From Callorhinchus milii (Eukaryota): a DNA stretch of 64,000 nt. Position numbers and translations under genes: made by a program. The notes beneath the pieces were generated by a model, which saw only the letters and a list, made by a program, of their open reading frames with translations, was not told the origin of the DNA and searched no databases. The stretch lies in assembly GCF_018977255.1 (NCBI RefSeq), contig NW_024704742.1, positions 101,558,001 through 101,622,000 on the forward strand, read 5' to 3'. This document shows, in pieces, positions 23,903 to 36,836 of this stretch (its first letter is position 1; every line of letters starts with the position of its first letter).

Positions 23903-24844
23903 ATACAGTCAATCCACTTTGAAATATATCCTATGAAGCACTTTGATATGTCTCAACTACATGAGAAGGCGCTATATCAAATGCATGATTTATTATTATT
24001 ATAGGTCTACAGTCATATTGTTCTGTAACAATTGAATAGTAAGTGGAGAAAGTGTTTTTTTCTAACTGTGGCAGCAATAGCAGAAAATTGACATTGATGT
24101 CTTCTAGTGATAAGATTAGAATCACATAGTATTTCATAAGGTGGCAAGGGTGATATGGATGAAGAAGTTCCTTTGGCACATTTGAATCTTATCCTTCAAG
24201 AATCAACCATCTTCCCATGACAGCAACATGGAGTCTTAAATGAGTCCAGTGTCCTGGCTTTTGTCACCTTTCCAGGTCACCCAATTCAGCTATTGACCGT
24301 CTACTGTGTGTTAAAAAAAAATTATTAGTGCATGTTCCTAAAATTGTCCTTCACAATTCTCAACTGTATGCCTTTGTGTCCTGCTGCCTTAGCAATAACT
24401 TAAAGTATTTTTCTGGGTTTATTTTCTCAATCCCATTTTGTATCATTCACACCTGTACAGGGTACCTTCTGAGACATCTATTTTCAAGGCTGAAGAGCTT
24501 TAGTTTACTTAGCTCATTCCTCCAACAGAGCATATCAGTTTCATCACACTCCTCTGCATTGCATTAGAAGATACAATAATCTGGTCTGATGAGAATAGAT
24601 TGTCATTTTTTTCTAGTTTTTAATAAATGTTTAATTAGGTGATTTGTTTGAATGTGAGTGTTATTAACAATTATTCAGTTCACTAAACACTAATTTATAC
24701 TAATATTAAAGCAATTAAACTATACACATCTATCATGTTATTTCAGAAATATTCAGAAACAAAGGATTGTATAATATGTAAATTGTACAAGGCTAATGTT
24801 TATTTTCCTTAGTTATTCATTTCAGAATGAAGGATAAGCTAAGC

Positions 24845-24990
24845 ACTAGATGAGGGTTTTGAAGGGCAAGCTGAGGACATACACCAAGAAGCATTTCTTT
24901 ATATAGAAGGTAATCAACAGCTGCAGTGGGTGACCAGAAAGAATGGCTGAGGTATTAACACTTGGTGAAAGTTGATCACTTAGCTTGGAG
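24845..24990 (+). mobile_element. CR1 LINE 3' fragment (old)
   Basis: AAGCATTTCTTT...AAGGTAATCAACAGCTG...CCAGAAAGAATGGCTGAGG resembles the CR1 FFTQRVINxWNxLP coding end. Confidence 0.55.
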
Positions 24991-25840
24991 TGGGAGCAAA
25001 TGAACCTTAGATTGCTTCATCCATGAAAATTGCTGAAATGGGTCATAAGTAGTTTTTCAAAAAAAAATAGTTTACGCAAGTGATAAACAAATTAATTTAA
25101 AAAGTCAGTCTTTAGAAATCATTCCGTATTTGTGGCAAGACAGACACTGGCAAAAATACTGTAGCAATTTAGTGATATTTGACCAAAGAGCACCATATTG
25201 TCAATTGTTCACTTACAAAACAATTCATTGCTGTAATAATAAAAAATAATAATCCTTGCATTTGAAACAGCGCTTTATCACATCATTGAGATGTCTCAAA
25301 GCACTTCACAGAATATATATTGTTAAGCGGATTGACTGTGTATTTGTGGGGGACAAGTGGCAGCCAATTGTGAACAACAGTGTCCCACAAAGATAATGGG
25401 AGATGGCAGGGCCAAGATGAAGAATGAGATCAAATAGGTCTTCTTCGACCAGCTGTTGTGATTAACATAAAAAAAGATAATTTAACTTTATGGAATATTT
25501 GTTCCTCTGTTAGATCTTGTTCTTCATTATTTTCTCATCTTATTTCAACTGGGGGTGTGATTTAGAGGTAGCAGAATAATTATTTTACTCTATGGTCAGT
25601 TGAAATAGATGAGCCAGTCTCCCCCAAATCCTAGGAAGCCAACCCTAAAAATACTTCAAAACCTGGAATCAAATAACAGAAACAAATATTAAATGATTCA
25701 GAAAGTTACAGCCTCCCAACTTACTGTTTGTTGTTAACTAGCACAGCTGAGTGTGAAATGATCTCTGTGGTTATTTTTGTTATATCCTTAGGATCCATTC
25801 ATCTGCAAATCTCAATTTACCTTAGTTCTCTGGGTTAGGG

Positions 25841-27030
25841 GCAACAACAACAATAAATTGTAATTGTATAGCGCTTTTTCCATTGGGAGGATGTCCTAAG
25901 GCGCTGGATAGTCAGGGATTTGGACTCGAGCTGCGAGTTGCAATCAGGAGGGGTGAAGGGCAGGGAGCGATAGGGATGGAGGGTGGCAGAAGGCACGGTC
26001 AAAGAAGAGGGTCTTGAGATGTGTCTTGAAGGAGGCAAGCGAGGGAGCGAGGTGAAGGGATTGTGGGATGGAGTTCCAAAGGATGGGGCAGAGAGGCTGA
26101 AGGCCTGACCACCGATGGTGGAGCAGGCTGGGCGGGGGATGTGGAGCAGGCTGATTGGAGAGAGAGGACAGGTTGATATGGAGTTAGCAAGTCACAGAGG
26201 TAGGAAGGGACAAAGCTGTGGAGGGCCTTGAAGATGAGGATGAGGATTTTGAATTCCATCCTTTGGGGAATGGGGAGCCAATGGAGCCGGGCAAGGGTGG
26301 GGATCACAGAGTCTGGTGCGGGAGAAGACACGACCTGAAAAGTTCTGGATGCTCTGTAGCTTGTGGAGGGAAGAGTTAGGAAGGCCAACAAGCAGGGAAT
26401 TGCGGTAGTCGAGTCTAGATGTGGTAAAGGCATGGATGAGGGTCTCGGCGGCCTGTGGGTTGAGGCAGTGGTGGAGCCAAGTGATGTTGCGCAGGTGGGG
26501 GAAGGCACGTATGTTGGGTGAACAAGACACCAATTTGAAGGTCAAACAAGTCTCCAAGGTTCCGGATTGTCTCAGTGAGGTGGAGTGTGCATCCTTGGAT
26601 GATGCTGCTGTCAGTGCCTGAGGTGTGGAGGTGCTGACGGGAGCCAATCAGGAGACCTCAGTCATGTTGACGTTCAACTGTAGAAAGTTAGTTCTCATCC
26701 AGGACTTGATGCCTGGCAGATATTGTCAGGACAGCAGTGGTCTTGGATTCGAGGGTGGAGACAGAGAAATAGAGTTCGGTGTCATCCACATACTTGTGGA
26801 AGTTGACTCTATGTCTGCGGATAATGTCACCAAGAGGGAGCATGTACAATTTGAAGAGGAGAGGACCAAGGACAGAGCACTGAGGAACGCCACATGAAAC
26901 AGTGCGGGGACTACAGGAGAAGCAATTTGTTTGGACAAAAGTGGAGACGGTGTGAAAGGTAGGATCTGACCCAGTCTAGGACAGAACCATAAAGGTTGAG
27001 GAGAGTGACCGAGGAGGATAAGTCGTTGAG
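25841..27030 (-). mobile_element. L2-clade LINE, RT to 3' tail
   Basis: TSRLDYRNSLLVGLP, TLARLHWLPIPQR, degenerate YVDDT; (CAA)n tail at 25842. Confidence 0.92.
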
Positions 27031-27935
27031 CAGCACTAGCTATATTACTTGGAGTAGCCTGGGGTGGATGTGAGGTTTCCCTATGTCAGATTCAGAGTCT
27101 ACGTTAACAATTCCTGTTACAAACCACAAAAACATCTTCTCTATATTCAGAACAAGTCATTCAAATCTTGCAGAACATGGCACATTGCCCTCTGGCGGGA
27201 TGCAACGTTTATCTAATGACAGTGGGTCCTATGGGGTTAGGGGGCAGTCATTCTCCTCTTGTCAGTGTATAACCTTTGGCGGTATGCATTTATAATAATA
27301 ATAATATAGTGGTAATAGAAATACCGCTATAGCTGTACCTCACTGAATATTAGTAAATGAGCACATCAAGACAGGTTGTGAATGCCTTTAATTTCACTTA
27401 TTTGTTCCTATGTTCCTAAATGAGCATTGCGTCATTTATTATTCTGTTGCTCTTAAATCATACTCCTAAACTGATGCAAAACAGAGTGGAAAAGATAAAA
27501 TAAATTATAGTATGTCCTTGCCCTTGCAGCAGAACACACCATGCATTAAATTGCAGTACTTAACCCCTTCTTAAGTTTAAAATGTCGGTGTTTAACATAA
27601 TCTATTATAATTGTAAAAAATTCCTCCATTGTAAAGGTAACAGTTGGGGTGTTTGTTAATCCATTCCTTGTGCTAACAATGCAAGGAATGGGCTAAGGAA
27701 TGCCGCAAATTCTACCCTATCGATTTGTTAGCTGACTCTGGATGCAGTCCATTAGTTAAACTATTTTCAGCCTTAACTTCACAAATGATCTCAGGCAAAA
27801 TGATTGAGGATTCCCCGTAATTCTACCAATACGTAATGGGGTTTGGAGTAAACAAAGGTCATCGGTCAAAATGCCCTATTTGCAAAGGATTCACAAATAT
27901 TGAGTCCTCTCAGTAACCAAATGTATGACACACTG

Positions 27936-28082
27936 ACAACAACAACAACAACTTGCATTTATATAGCGCCCCTCATGCAGGGTAGCTACCGAGAGCGCTT
28001 GACAGTGGAGGAGCAGTGGCAGTGATGCCGAGCCGGGGGAGGTGGAAGGTGACTGTATGCACGGTCGAAAACGAAGATCTTC
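27936..28082 (-). mobile_element. L2 3' tail fragment
   Basis: (CAA)n CTTGCATTTATATAGCGCCC tail. Confidence 0.8.
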
Positions 28083-28671
28083 TGACTCAGACAAAAGTCT
28101 CATTCCTTCATTCGATGTGCCCAGAAAGAGGTTATGTCAATGCAGTGTCCGCACAGAGCAGCGTAATGTGCATTTAGTCACCAGCAGGACTCAATATTTC
28201 CCAATGCTTATTGAGTCATGTTACTGTATTTTTGAACCCATATAATTATATGTCTTAGTCTTTCCAGTTTTTGTTTTCCAACAGAGATTGTCTGGGGTGA
28301 GAAATATTTTCTGCACAGTTTTTCAAGTCTTTGATCTTGTTAATGTGCCTCAGGCAGGAAGAGGAAGCTGTTGACACAGCGTGAAATTAGCTGTTATGGA
28401 GAACGCACTCATCCCTGACTGTTTTGAAAATCTTAGTTATTGCTCTGTTGGACTATAACTTTAAATTATGACAGCTGGTGGAAGAACTGTGCACAAATGC
28501 ATGAAATAAAATTAATTTACATCAGTGTAGCTCCTATTTTACTGCATAAGCAGCGCCTGTGAGCATTCACCTTCAACCAGCACACTATTCCTGACAAACT
28601 TAATACCATTTATGTATTAATTTCAGTTCTGGTTTCATAAGCAGAACACCCTCAAAGTGGATCAAATTCAA

Positions 28672-28985
28672 CATCCTTTACCTTGCTTTTAAGCACCTTC
28701 ACAGCCTTGCCTCACCCTAACTCTGCAACCTCCTGCAACCCTATTATCCTGCTGCTCCCTCTGCTTCCTCTGTTTGCCGACACAAACTCGATGGGCCGAT
28801 TGGCCTCTTTTTGTGCTGTACGATTCTATGATTCATGTTTCCTGTCCAGTTTTCCCACCCATCAGTGGGCGAGCTGTTAGCCATCCGCCCTTACTCTTTG
28901 GAATTCCATCCCAGGATCCCTCTGCCTGGTCCCTTGCCTCCCCATCTTTAAAGCCCATCCTAAGACCTTCTTTTTGGACGTGTTG
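28672..28985 (+). mobile_element. L2 fragment interrupted by a CR1 3' tail (about 28775-28835)
   Basis: L2 C-terminal sequence on both sides of GATGGGCCGATTGGCCTC...GATTCTATGATTC. Confidence 0.7.
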
Positions 28986-29037
28986 GACTCCCAGTGGATT
29001 CTGTGAAGCACTTGAGACATCCTCCCAACAGGTTTTG

Positions 29038-29358
29038 TAATAATAATAATAATCCTTGCATTTGATACAGCACCTTTCATGTCAGGAGGATGTCCCAAAG
29101 TACTTCACAGGATTCACTGTAAAGTGTAGTGACTATGTGTTTTGTAGGCAAGCAGCTAATTTGCACACAGTAATGTCCCACAATCAGTTTTGATTATCAG
29201 TCAAGACACTAAGAGAAACACCCTTCTCTTTTTGAGATGTTTAACATCTACCTGAACAGGCAGACCGGGTCTCAATTTAATATCTTATCAGAAGGACGGC
29301 ACCTCAAACAACACAGCACACCTCAGCACTGCCTTGGAATGTCAGGTTAGACTAGATG
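29038..29358 (-). mobile_element. Deu-domain SINE
   Basis: Tail (TAA)nTCCTTGCATTTGAT and core TTTAACATCTACCTGAACAGGCAGAC. Confidence 0.8.
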
Positions 29359-29700
29359 AGTTCTAGATGACCCAGAGATTTAATTTTACTTTAAAGTGGT
29401 TTGTTTCACTTTAAATGTACAAGACATTAGAATTTAATCCTTTGAGACAAAGTGATTGATTCAAATTTGTATTGTGCTTCATTTCCAACACATTGATTGT
29501 CCAGCGCCTTGGGACGTCCTCCCGACGTGAAAGGCACTATAGAGATGTAATTTTGTTGTTGTTGTTTTCATTCATCAATCCATATGGCAACAGAGGACAA
29601 TGTTTGATTTTGCCCAGAGTTTACTCTGCAGGTACTGAATTTCACAATTTTAGATTTTGCTCAAGTCAAAGAACAGCTAAGTCCAGGAAGATAAGGCAAA

Positions 29701-29806
29701 AAATCTCTTTTGCCACTAAATGCCTGGGATTTGACGCAGTGCTCTTTTAATGGGAAAATCCCATTATCAAATCGCTACACTTAGTGGCAAGAGAAATTTC
29801 AGCCCC
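29701..29806. repeat. Inverted-repeat (MITE-like) element
   Basis: Arms 29701-29734 and 29767-29799 are imperfect reverse complements; inner hairpin TAATGGGA-AAA-TCCCATTA. Confidence 0.6.
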
Positions 29807-30276
29807 ACTTGTACTTAATGATCATTATGCAAATATTCTCAGCCTGCTTGAAACCACTTAAGGCTAAATTCATAACTAATTCATCATAAAGCAAACCTGT
29901 TTGTCTGTTCTGTAACATTCCAGATGCACATTCTCTCTTCCTTGCTTTGTCTGAGATAGAATTCCTTCGCTCACAGCGGGAAAGTCTTGTTAGGAAATTT
30001 TAAAATCAAAGAAAAAAGTATAAAATGTGACTTTTTTCCACACATTATGAAATCCTGAATGTTTGCAAATGTATTACTTGATGGGCCTGAAGGAAGTAAG
30101 ACACAAAACAACAACCTGCATTTATATAGTGCCCTTCATGTAGAATAAAAAACACATAGAAATTTACAGCACAGAAGGAAGTGTTTGTCTGAGCTGGCTC
30201 ATTTAAGAGCAATCTTTTCAGTTCCATTTACCTGTTCTTTCCTCATACTGCGTACGTCCACTCCTTTTTAGCTAAT

Positions 30277-31700
30277 CATAGAATCATAGAATACTTCAGC
30301 ACAGAAGGAGGCCATTTGGCCTATTGTGCCTGTGCCAGCTCTTTGGAAGAGCTAACCATCAGTCCCTCTCTCCCATATCCCTGTAAATGTTTTCTTTTCA
30401 AGTACCTATCCAACTCTCTTTTGAAAGTTGTTATTGAATCTGTTTTCACCATCCTTTCAGGCAATGCATTCCAGACCGTAACAACTCTCTTGTAAAAAAA
30501 AATTTCCTATCTCTCCTCTGGTGCCATGACCCGCTCCACCTTTCCCCACCTCCACAACATTGCCCAGCACTGTCTCTCACCCCAGGCCACCAAGACTCTC
30601 CTCCACACATTCATCACATCCAGGCTTGACTTGGCAAACTCCCTGCTTGTCGGTCTCCCCACTCCTCCGTCTACAGGCTGTAGATCATCCAGAACTCTGC
30701 AGCCCGTGTCCTGTCCCGCACCAGGCTCTATAACCCTATCACCCCCATACTTCCCCAGCTCCATTGGCTCCTCATCACTCAGAGGATACAGTTTAAAATC
30801 CTGGTCCTCACCTTCAAAGCTCTCCACGGTCTTGCTCCCCCCTACTTCTGTGACCTCCTAATCCCTTAACAACCAGTGCGCTCCCTCCGTTCAGCTCCGA
30901 CCTGCTTCACATCCCTCACCTTGCCCGCCCCCATCTCTATTGGCGGGCAGGTCTTCAGCCTCTCTGCCCCTACCCTCTGGAACTCCATCCCACAGTCCCT
31001 CCACCTCGCCCCCTTCCTAGCCTCCTTCAGGACCCGTCTCAAGACCCTCCTCTTCAACCGTGCCTTTGGTCACTCTCCTACCCCTACCCTCTCTGCCCTC
31101 CACCCCTCCTGATCCCAACCACCAGCTCAGGTGCAGATCCCTAACTTTCCAGTGCCTTGGGACAGCCTCCTGACATGAAAGGCACCGTACAAATGTAATT
31201 TCTTTTTGTCGTTGTTGGTTCTTTTGCCAATTATCTTAAATCTATGTCACCTAGTTACCGATGCACCTGCCAATGGAAACAGTTTCTGCCTATCTACTCT
31301 ATCAAAACCCCTCATAATTTTGAACACCTCTATTAAATCTCCCTTTAACCTTCTCTACTCTAAGGAGAACAATCCCAGCTTCTCGAATTTCTCCACATAA
31401 CTAAAATCCCTCTTCCTGGTATCATTCTAGTAAATCTCCTCTGCACCCTCTCCAAGGCCTTGATATCCTTCCTAAAGTGTGGTGCCCAGAATTGGACACT
31501 ATACTCCAAGTGAGGCCTAAGCAGTGACTTATAAAGGTTTAGCAGAACTTCCTTGCTTTTGTACTCTATGCCTCTATTTATAAAGCCAAGGATCTCATAT
31601 GTTTTAACAGCTCTATTAACCTGCCCTGCCACCTTCAAAGACCTGTGTATGTGAACCCCCAGGTCTCTCTGCTTCTGTACTCCCTTTAAAACTCTACCAC
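30277..31700 (-). mobile_element. CR1 LINE 3' region, split by an L2 insertion
   Basis: LYKSLLRPHLEYSVQFWAP...LERVQRRFTRMIPG (ORF 31360); (ATTCTATG)n tail at 30277-30293. Confidence 0.93.
30523..31215 (+). mobile_element. L2 3' fragment nested in CR1
   Basis: FITSRLDLANSLLVGLP; APTLWNSIPQ; flanked by TGGT on both sides. Confidence 0.92.
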
Positions 31701-32404
31701 AAAATCGCTACAAAATGTCCACAAAATCACAACAAAATAATTTTGCTCATAAAATACGCAGTCAATTCACTTTACAACATAGTCTGTGAAGCGCTTTGAG
31801 ATGTCTTAATGACATGATAAGGTGTTATATCAAATGCAAGGATTATTATTATTATTAATAACAAAGCTGACAGGTGCAGCATCAGAAGAGATGCAAAGTG
31901 TTGTGGATTAATAGACATTTTGCACAATAGCAGTCATGGATGGAAAAGCAGATGTCTGACACAGTTCTGGCATTTTAATGGTCTTTGCTTAGTTCTGTTT
32001 GATTTGACTTGGTTCATTTCAAAACAATCTGTATTACTGGAACATTTTTGATCTACTTGTTGTTAAAGCCTAATACGTTACCATTAACTACACTGTAATT
32101 GCAGGATCAGTCATGCTTCTGCTTTTATCTGAAAATCCCACTGACTGATAAGGAACTTGATTCACATTAAAGCATTACCCCTTGATCGCCAGTCAGGCAA
32201 AGACACTTCACATCAACTAACCCATTTACTTCAGTCTTGATATGAGGAAATAAGCAGAGTGCTCTTTACAGTAAAATTTGGAATATTGTCTGTATGGATT
32301 AGTTTAACCTTGTAGAATCTATTAAGTAGTTCAATGAAAGCTTGAGACATTTCTGTGACATTTCTACAGGATAAAGCACTATAAAAATGCAAGTTATTCT
32401 TCAA

Positions 32405-32580
32405 TAAGGTGTAATTTGCTGCTGATACCAAATTAGGGAACATGACCAACTGTGAGGAGAAGTGCATAAGACTGTAGGATATGCAACGTTGGGCTGAGTG
32501 AGTAGATAAGAAACAAATGGAATTCAATGCAGAGAAATGCAAAATAGCACATTTTAGAAAAGTAAAGGATGGCAGCAAAA
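32405..32580 (+). mobile_element. CR1 RT fragment
   Basis: TTTGCTGCTGATACCAAATTAGG (cf. FADDTKLG) ... QMEFNAEKCKIAHF. Confidence 0.75.
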
Positions 32581-33924
32581 GGACCGATATGTAGCTTGAT
32601 TCTGCACAGGGAAGAATCTAGGGTAGGTATGCAACAAAGTTAATATTAAATAAGCTAAACGGATCTTCTTTATTCAAACCTCTCTGTGTTCTATGTTAAA
32701 TAGTGCTTAATATTTCATCCCTGGCCAGATCTAGACTTTGTGGATCATTGTTGTTATCAATGATGAAAGATGGGCACAGTTTTCCTTAAGATTTCTTGCT
32801 ATTCTGTCAGCTAATCCAACTAGCCTCATCACTGTTTCCTCAGTTAATACCAGATGTTGCTGGGAAGCCAAGAAATCAATCTTTGTGACTGAAAGGATTC
32901 TACGGCTGTTACAGAAGTGAGTGGATAATATTACAGTCAATCTCTCAACAGAGTTGTACTTGGTGACTTGTCTTTTCATCACTAATAATAACACCCATGA
33001 AATTTCCACCTGGCTCTAGATTTACCCACTCATTTCTCTACCCCAGTGTTATCTGGCTGGATTGAATATTTGCCTGTGGAGAGACAATTAGCACATTGTA
33101 ATAGGTGTGTAAGGCACAGTCAAATTACAAAATTACTTTAGAATAGGGCTGATTATTCTTCCCCTGATAGTCACTCTTCAGGCTGGCAATAGGAGATAAA
33201 CATCCAATTTTCATATCACACTGCCCTCTGAGAACATGACAATTCACTTGTGGAATTGATTTTGGTTTCAAATAAAATTATTAATCATAATCCTTGCAAT
33301 TTATATCGCACCCAATGGAAGTTAGATATTTTACAAATTATATCTTATTACAAGTATGGAAGGCATTTCAGTATTTCTCATGCTGCATCTGAGCTATCTT
33401 TCACCTCTAACTGTACTGTCTGCTAGCCAGAACAACCCATAGAAACAAAGACATATTAAACTCACAGGATCTTTCAATGCTAAATGCTTTTTCTTTTATG
33501 TGTGATTCATGTAACTGGTGTGAATATTGAACTGCATATACGAAGATATTGACTGTCAAATACAGTTTTAAATAAAACAGAGGTCAAGGTAATTCTGTTC
33601 TGTGCACACCTAGCTATAGTCTGGTACTACTCCCATAAAACAGCTGAATTTAATAGATTTACTGCAGCATTCAGGAATGTGGATGTAGTTCTCATCCCTA
33701 AGTTATCACCACATGATAAATTTCATATCACACTGGCATGTAATAACAGCTTTTTCCTAACCTGATTTATCAAATGACTGTCATACATTCAAGAAACATT
33801 GTCGAATTTATTAGCTGTGTTAGAAGTCTTTTATCCTAAATCTATTTCCTGCAATTGTAATGTCAAGTCATTGTCCTATATATATATAGTTAACAGCTCT
33901 GCAATAAAAGATATGCTATCAAAC

Positions 33925-34055
33925 TGCCCCAATGACTCAGCTGGTAAAGGTACTGCCACCTCTGAGGCTAAGGAAAGGTAGCTGATCTCAGCTATGACAA
34001 CAGTTGGGCTGTTCTAATTTGTCTAAGTGTCTCTGGTTTGGAGAGGAAATCAAGG
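33925..34055 (+). mobile_element. Probable LF-SINE fragment
   Basis: TAGCTGATCTCAGC followed by a colinear degenerate match to the recalled LF-SINE body; tRNA-like GACTCAGCTGGTAAA upstream. Confidence 0.5.
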
Positions 34056-34328
34056 AAAGAGGAGTCAAGCACCGTCAGCAAAGGGAATTGTCAGAAAAGA
34101 ATTGGCAAAAATTTAAATAAAGCCAGCATAACAAAATACGGGAGATTTATCCAGAGAACTGGAAAGAACTTTTCCAACCTCTCGTTCCTATGTGGAATTG
34201 TCCAAGGCCTCCCAGTATCAATCCTTTGTGTCCCTCCTGCTCATGGTGGAGTCTCCAGGGTTTTGAGCCTCACGTCCAAGTCTCTGTAAACAGCCTTTCA
34301 TCCATAAAGAGTCCGCCTCACAGCAGAT

Positions 34329-35131
34329 GGAGTCCTTTTATGTATTGGTGAGAGCACTCGTCTCGCGAGATTACCCGGGTTAGATTCCTGGGCAAAATCT
34401 TAGGCAAGTTTCCTTATTCCACACACCTCTGTTTACCTAGCAGTACAACAACAACAATAAAATTACATTTATAGAGCCCCTTTCACATAGGGAGGACGTC
34501 CCAAAGTGCTGAATAGTCAGGTGTCGGGGCCCGAGTATGGGGGAGGTGTGGTGTAGGGGTGAGGGAAGGCAGAGAGGTGAGAGGGAGACCAAAGACACGG
34601 TCGAAGAGAAGGGTCTTGAGACCGACCTTGAAGGAGGCAAGGGAGGAAGCGAGGTGAAGGCACCGTGTGTTGGAGTTCCAGAGTATGGGGGCAGAGAATT
34701 TGAAAGCCCGGCCACCGATGGTAAGGCGGGTCGGGTGGGAGACTTGGAGCAGCCTGGAGCCTGATGAGCGGAGGGAGCGGGCAGGATGGTAGGGAGATAG
34801 CAGGTCAGAGAGGTAGGAGGGGGCAAGGCCATGGATGGCCTTAAAGGTGAGGACGAGGATCTTGAACTTGATCCTCTGGAGGATGGGGAGCCAGTGGGGT
34901 TGGGTGAGGGTGGGAGTGATGGGGTCAGTAAGTAGTCAATTGACAGATCGCTTTTCCTTTCAAAGATAATAATAATAAACTGGTCACTCCTCCCATGACT
35001 GTTTGTGGGACACTGCTGTGTGCAATTGACTGCCACTTTTCTCCCACAAAGTATATAGTATATTCTATGAAGCACTTTGAGGCGACTCAACAATGTGATA
35101 AGGCACTATATCAAATGCAAGGATTATTACT
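34329..35131 (+). mobile_element. Long-form tRNA-like SINE split by L2
   Basis: Head 34329-34445; body resumes at 34926 and runs to the tail at about 35131. Confidence 0.88.
34446..34925 (-). mobile_element. Young L2 3' fragment nested in SINE
   Basis: (CAA)n tail at 34446; CAGTA repeated at 34441-34445 and 34926-34930. Confidence 0.92.
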
Positions 35132-35317
35132 ATTTATTATTATCTCCCCAGAATGGGGGAGTCCTCCCTTCTGACACACGCATACCAAATGTGCCATTAT
35201 GTCAGGATTCCTCTTGGGTGCCCCAGCCCCCTTCACTATGTTAATTAACATGTCACTGGTTGGAGTTTTGGCCCCACTACTTCTTATATTATTGCATTTA
35301 TGTACAAGCTTTAAAGA

Positions 35318-35531
35318 TAACTGGAATGCATTGCCTGAAAGAATGGTGGAAGTCGATTCAATAACCACTTTTAAGAGAAAAGCAGATAATTATTTGGGTA
35401 GGACAAGTTTGCAGGGCAATGTGGAGAGAATGGGGGAGTGGGATTGACTTGGGTAGCTCTTTTCAAAGAGCCGGCACAGACACAATAGGCCAAATGGCCT
35501 CCTTCTGTGCTGTATAATTCTATGATTCTAT
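35318..35531 (+). mobile_element. CR1 LINE 3' end
   Basis: WNALPERMVEVDSITTFKRK; tail GGCCAAATGGCCTCC...(ATTCTATG)2. Confidence 0.9.
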
Positions 35532-35551
35532 GATAATACCTAAAACACTAT

Positions 35552-35818
35552 GTATTGGCAGCCAGTCCTTCAGCCTCTCTACCCCCACATTATGGAACTC
35601 CAACCCACATTCCATTCACCTCGCTCCCTCCCTTGCCTCCTTCAAGGCGCGTCTCAAAACCCTCCTCTTCGAACAAGCCTTCAGTCATCCCCCTATCCTC
35701 CCTGCTCTCGATCGTTCCCGATCCCGACCCCCAGCTCGGATCCAAATCCCTAACTGTCCAGCGCCTTGGGACATCCTCCCAATGTGAAAGGCGCAATACA
35801 AATGTAATTTTGTGTTGT
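35552..35818 (+). mobile_element. L2 3' fragment
   Basis: IGSQSFSLSTPTLWNS...FKARLKTLLF plus 3' stem-loop. Confidence 0.9.
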
Positions 35819-35849
35819 ATTGTATTGCATGGGGTAAACAGTTAATGAA

Positions 35850-36200
35850 TATTATGAAGGTTGAAACAAGGGTCTTACAAATGATCCTCTGGGGTACCAG
35901 GAGCCAGTGGAGCCTGACCTCAGGTGTAGATAAGCAGTGAACAGTGAAGGACAGGACAACGACCAGAGAGTTTTGAATGAGTTGGAGCTTTTGAAAAGGT
36001 GCAACTGGAGAGACCAGTGAGGAGAGCACTGGACAAATTGAGGAGCCAAAAAGATGGACGGGGCATTTATCTGATGAGGAGTGAGATAAGAAAATTAAGA
36101 TAGCAATGTTCTGAAGATGGAAGAAGATAGTCTTGGTCAAGGCAGGGATTAGGCCTTGAACTTATGCTGTAGGAGATCAAACAAAATGCTGAGGTTAAGC
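35850..36200 (-). mobile_element. Old L2 fragment
   Basis: KLQLIQNS...RLHWLLVPQRI (ORF 35685). Confidence 0.75.
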
Positions 36201-36714
36201 GATGGCTTGGTTACCTGGAACTAGCAGCAATATGAACAATGTGATAGATAAAGTTTAAAAATAACCAGCAGGAAAATAATTTTAAAATGCAAGTGAAATA
36301 CTACTGCAGCTTGCAGAAGAAAATAAATTTGCAAAATACATTTAAGGTTTGCAATGTAAATAATTCTTATCTTGCTAATGGCAGAGAAAGATGAAATTTT
36401 CTGGAGCAGCACGGCTGATAAATGTTCTATCTTTTCCCCCTTACTCTGAGGAAAACACATTTTTGCACTTGATGCCTGCCTAACCCAAATAGGATTAATT
36501 GAGAATGGGAACTAACTGTGCACAGAAATGAGATCTCAGATCTGTTTCCTACCTATGAACATATTATAGCACCATGGCAGCCTGTGTTATTTATGTTAAC
36601 TGTATACAGGGTTGAATACAAGTATTCCATCAATGCACCCAAACTGTATTTCTGAAAAACTGCAATAACTAGCATGATGTTCAGGGACTACATAGTATAC
36701 ACAGCTGTACTTAC

Positions 36715-36836
36715 CATGGTAATAAGAAACATTCTTCTGCTGAATGCACTGAAGCCTGGGTATGAAATATTAGGCAGCATCTGAATCTTTGGTAACCCAG
36801 CTACAAAGCTGTCATAATTCCCAGTGGTTAAAATAT
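36715..36836 (-). other. Candidate spliced exon (122 nt), gene unidentified
   Basis: Acceptor ctttctctgcatccttacag and donor ATG|gtaagt; one open frame DILTTGNYDSFVAGLPKIQMLPNISYPGFSAFSRRMFLITM, no recognised homology. Confidence 0.3.

Noticed and set aside
32731..33009. 92-aa minus-strand ORF with helical-looking sequence
   Set aside because: No recognised homology and no paired splice sites
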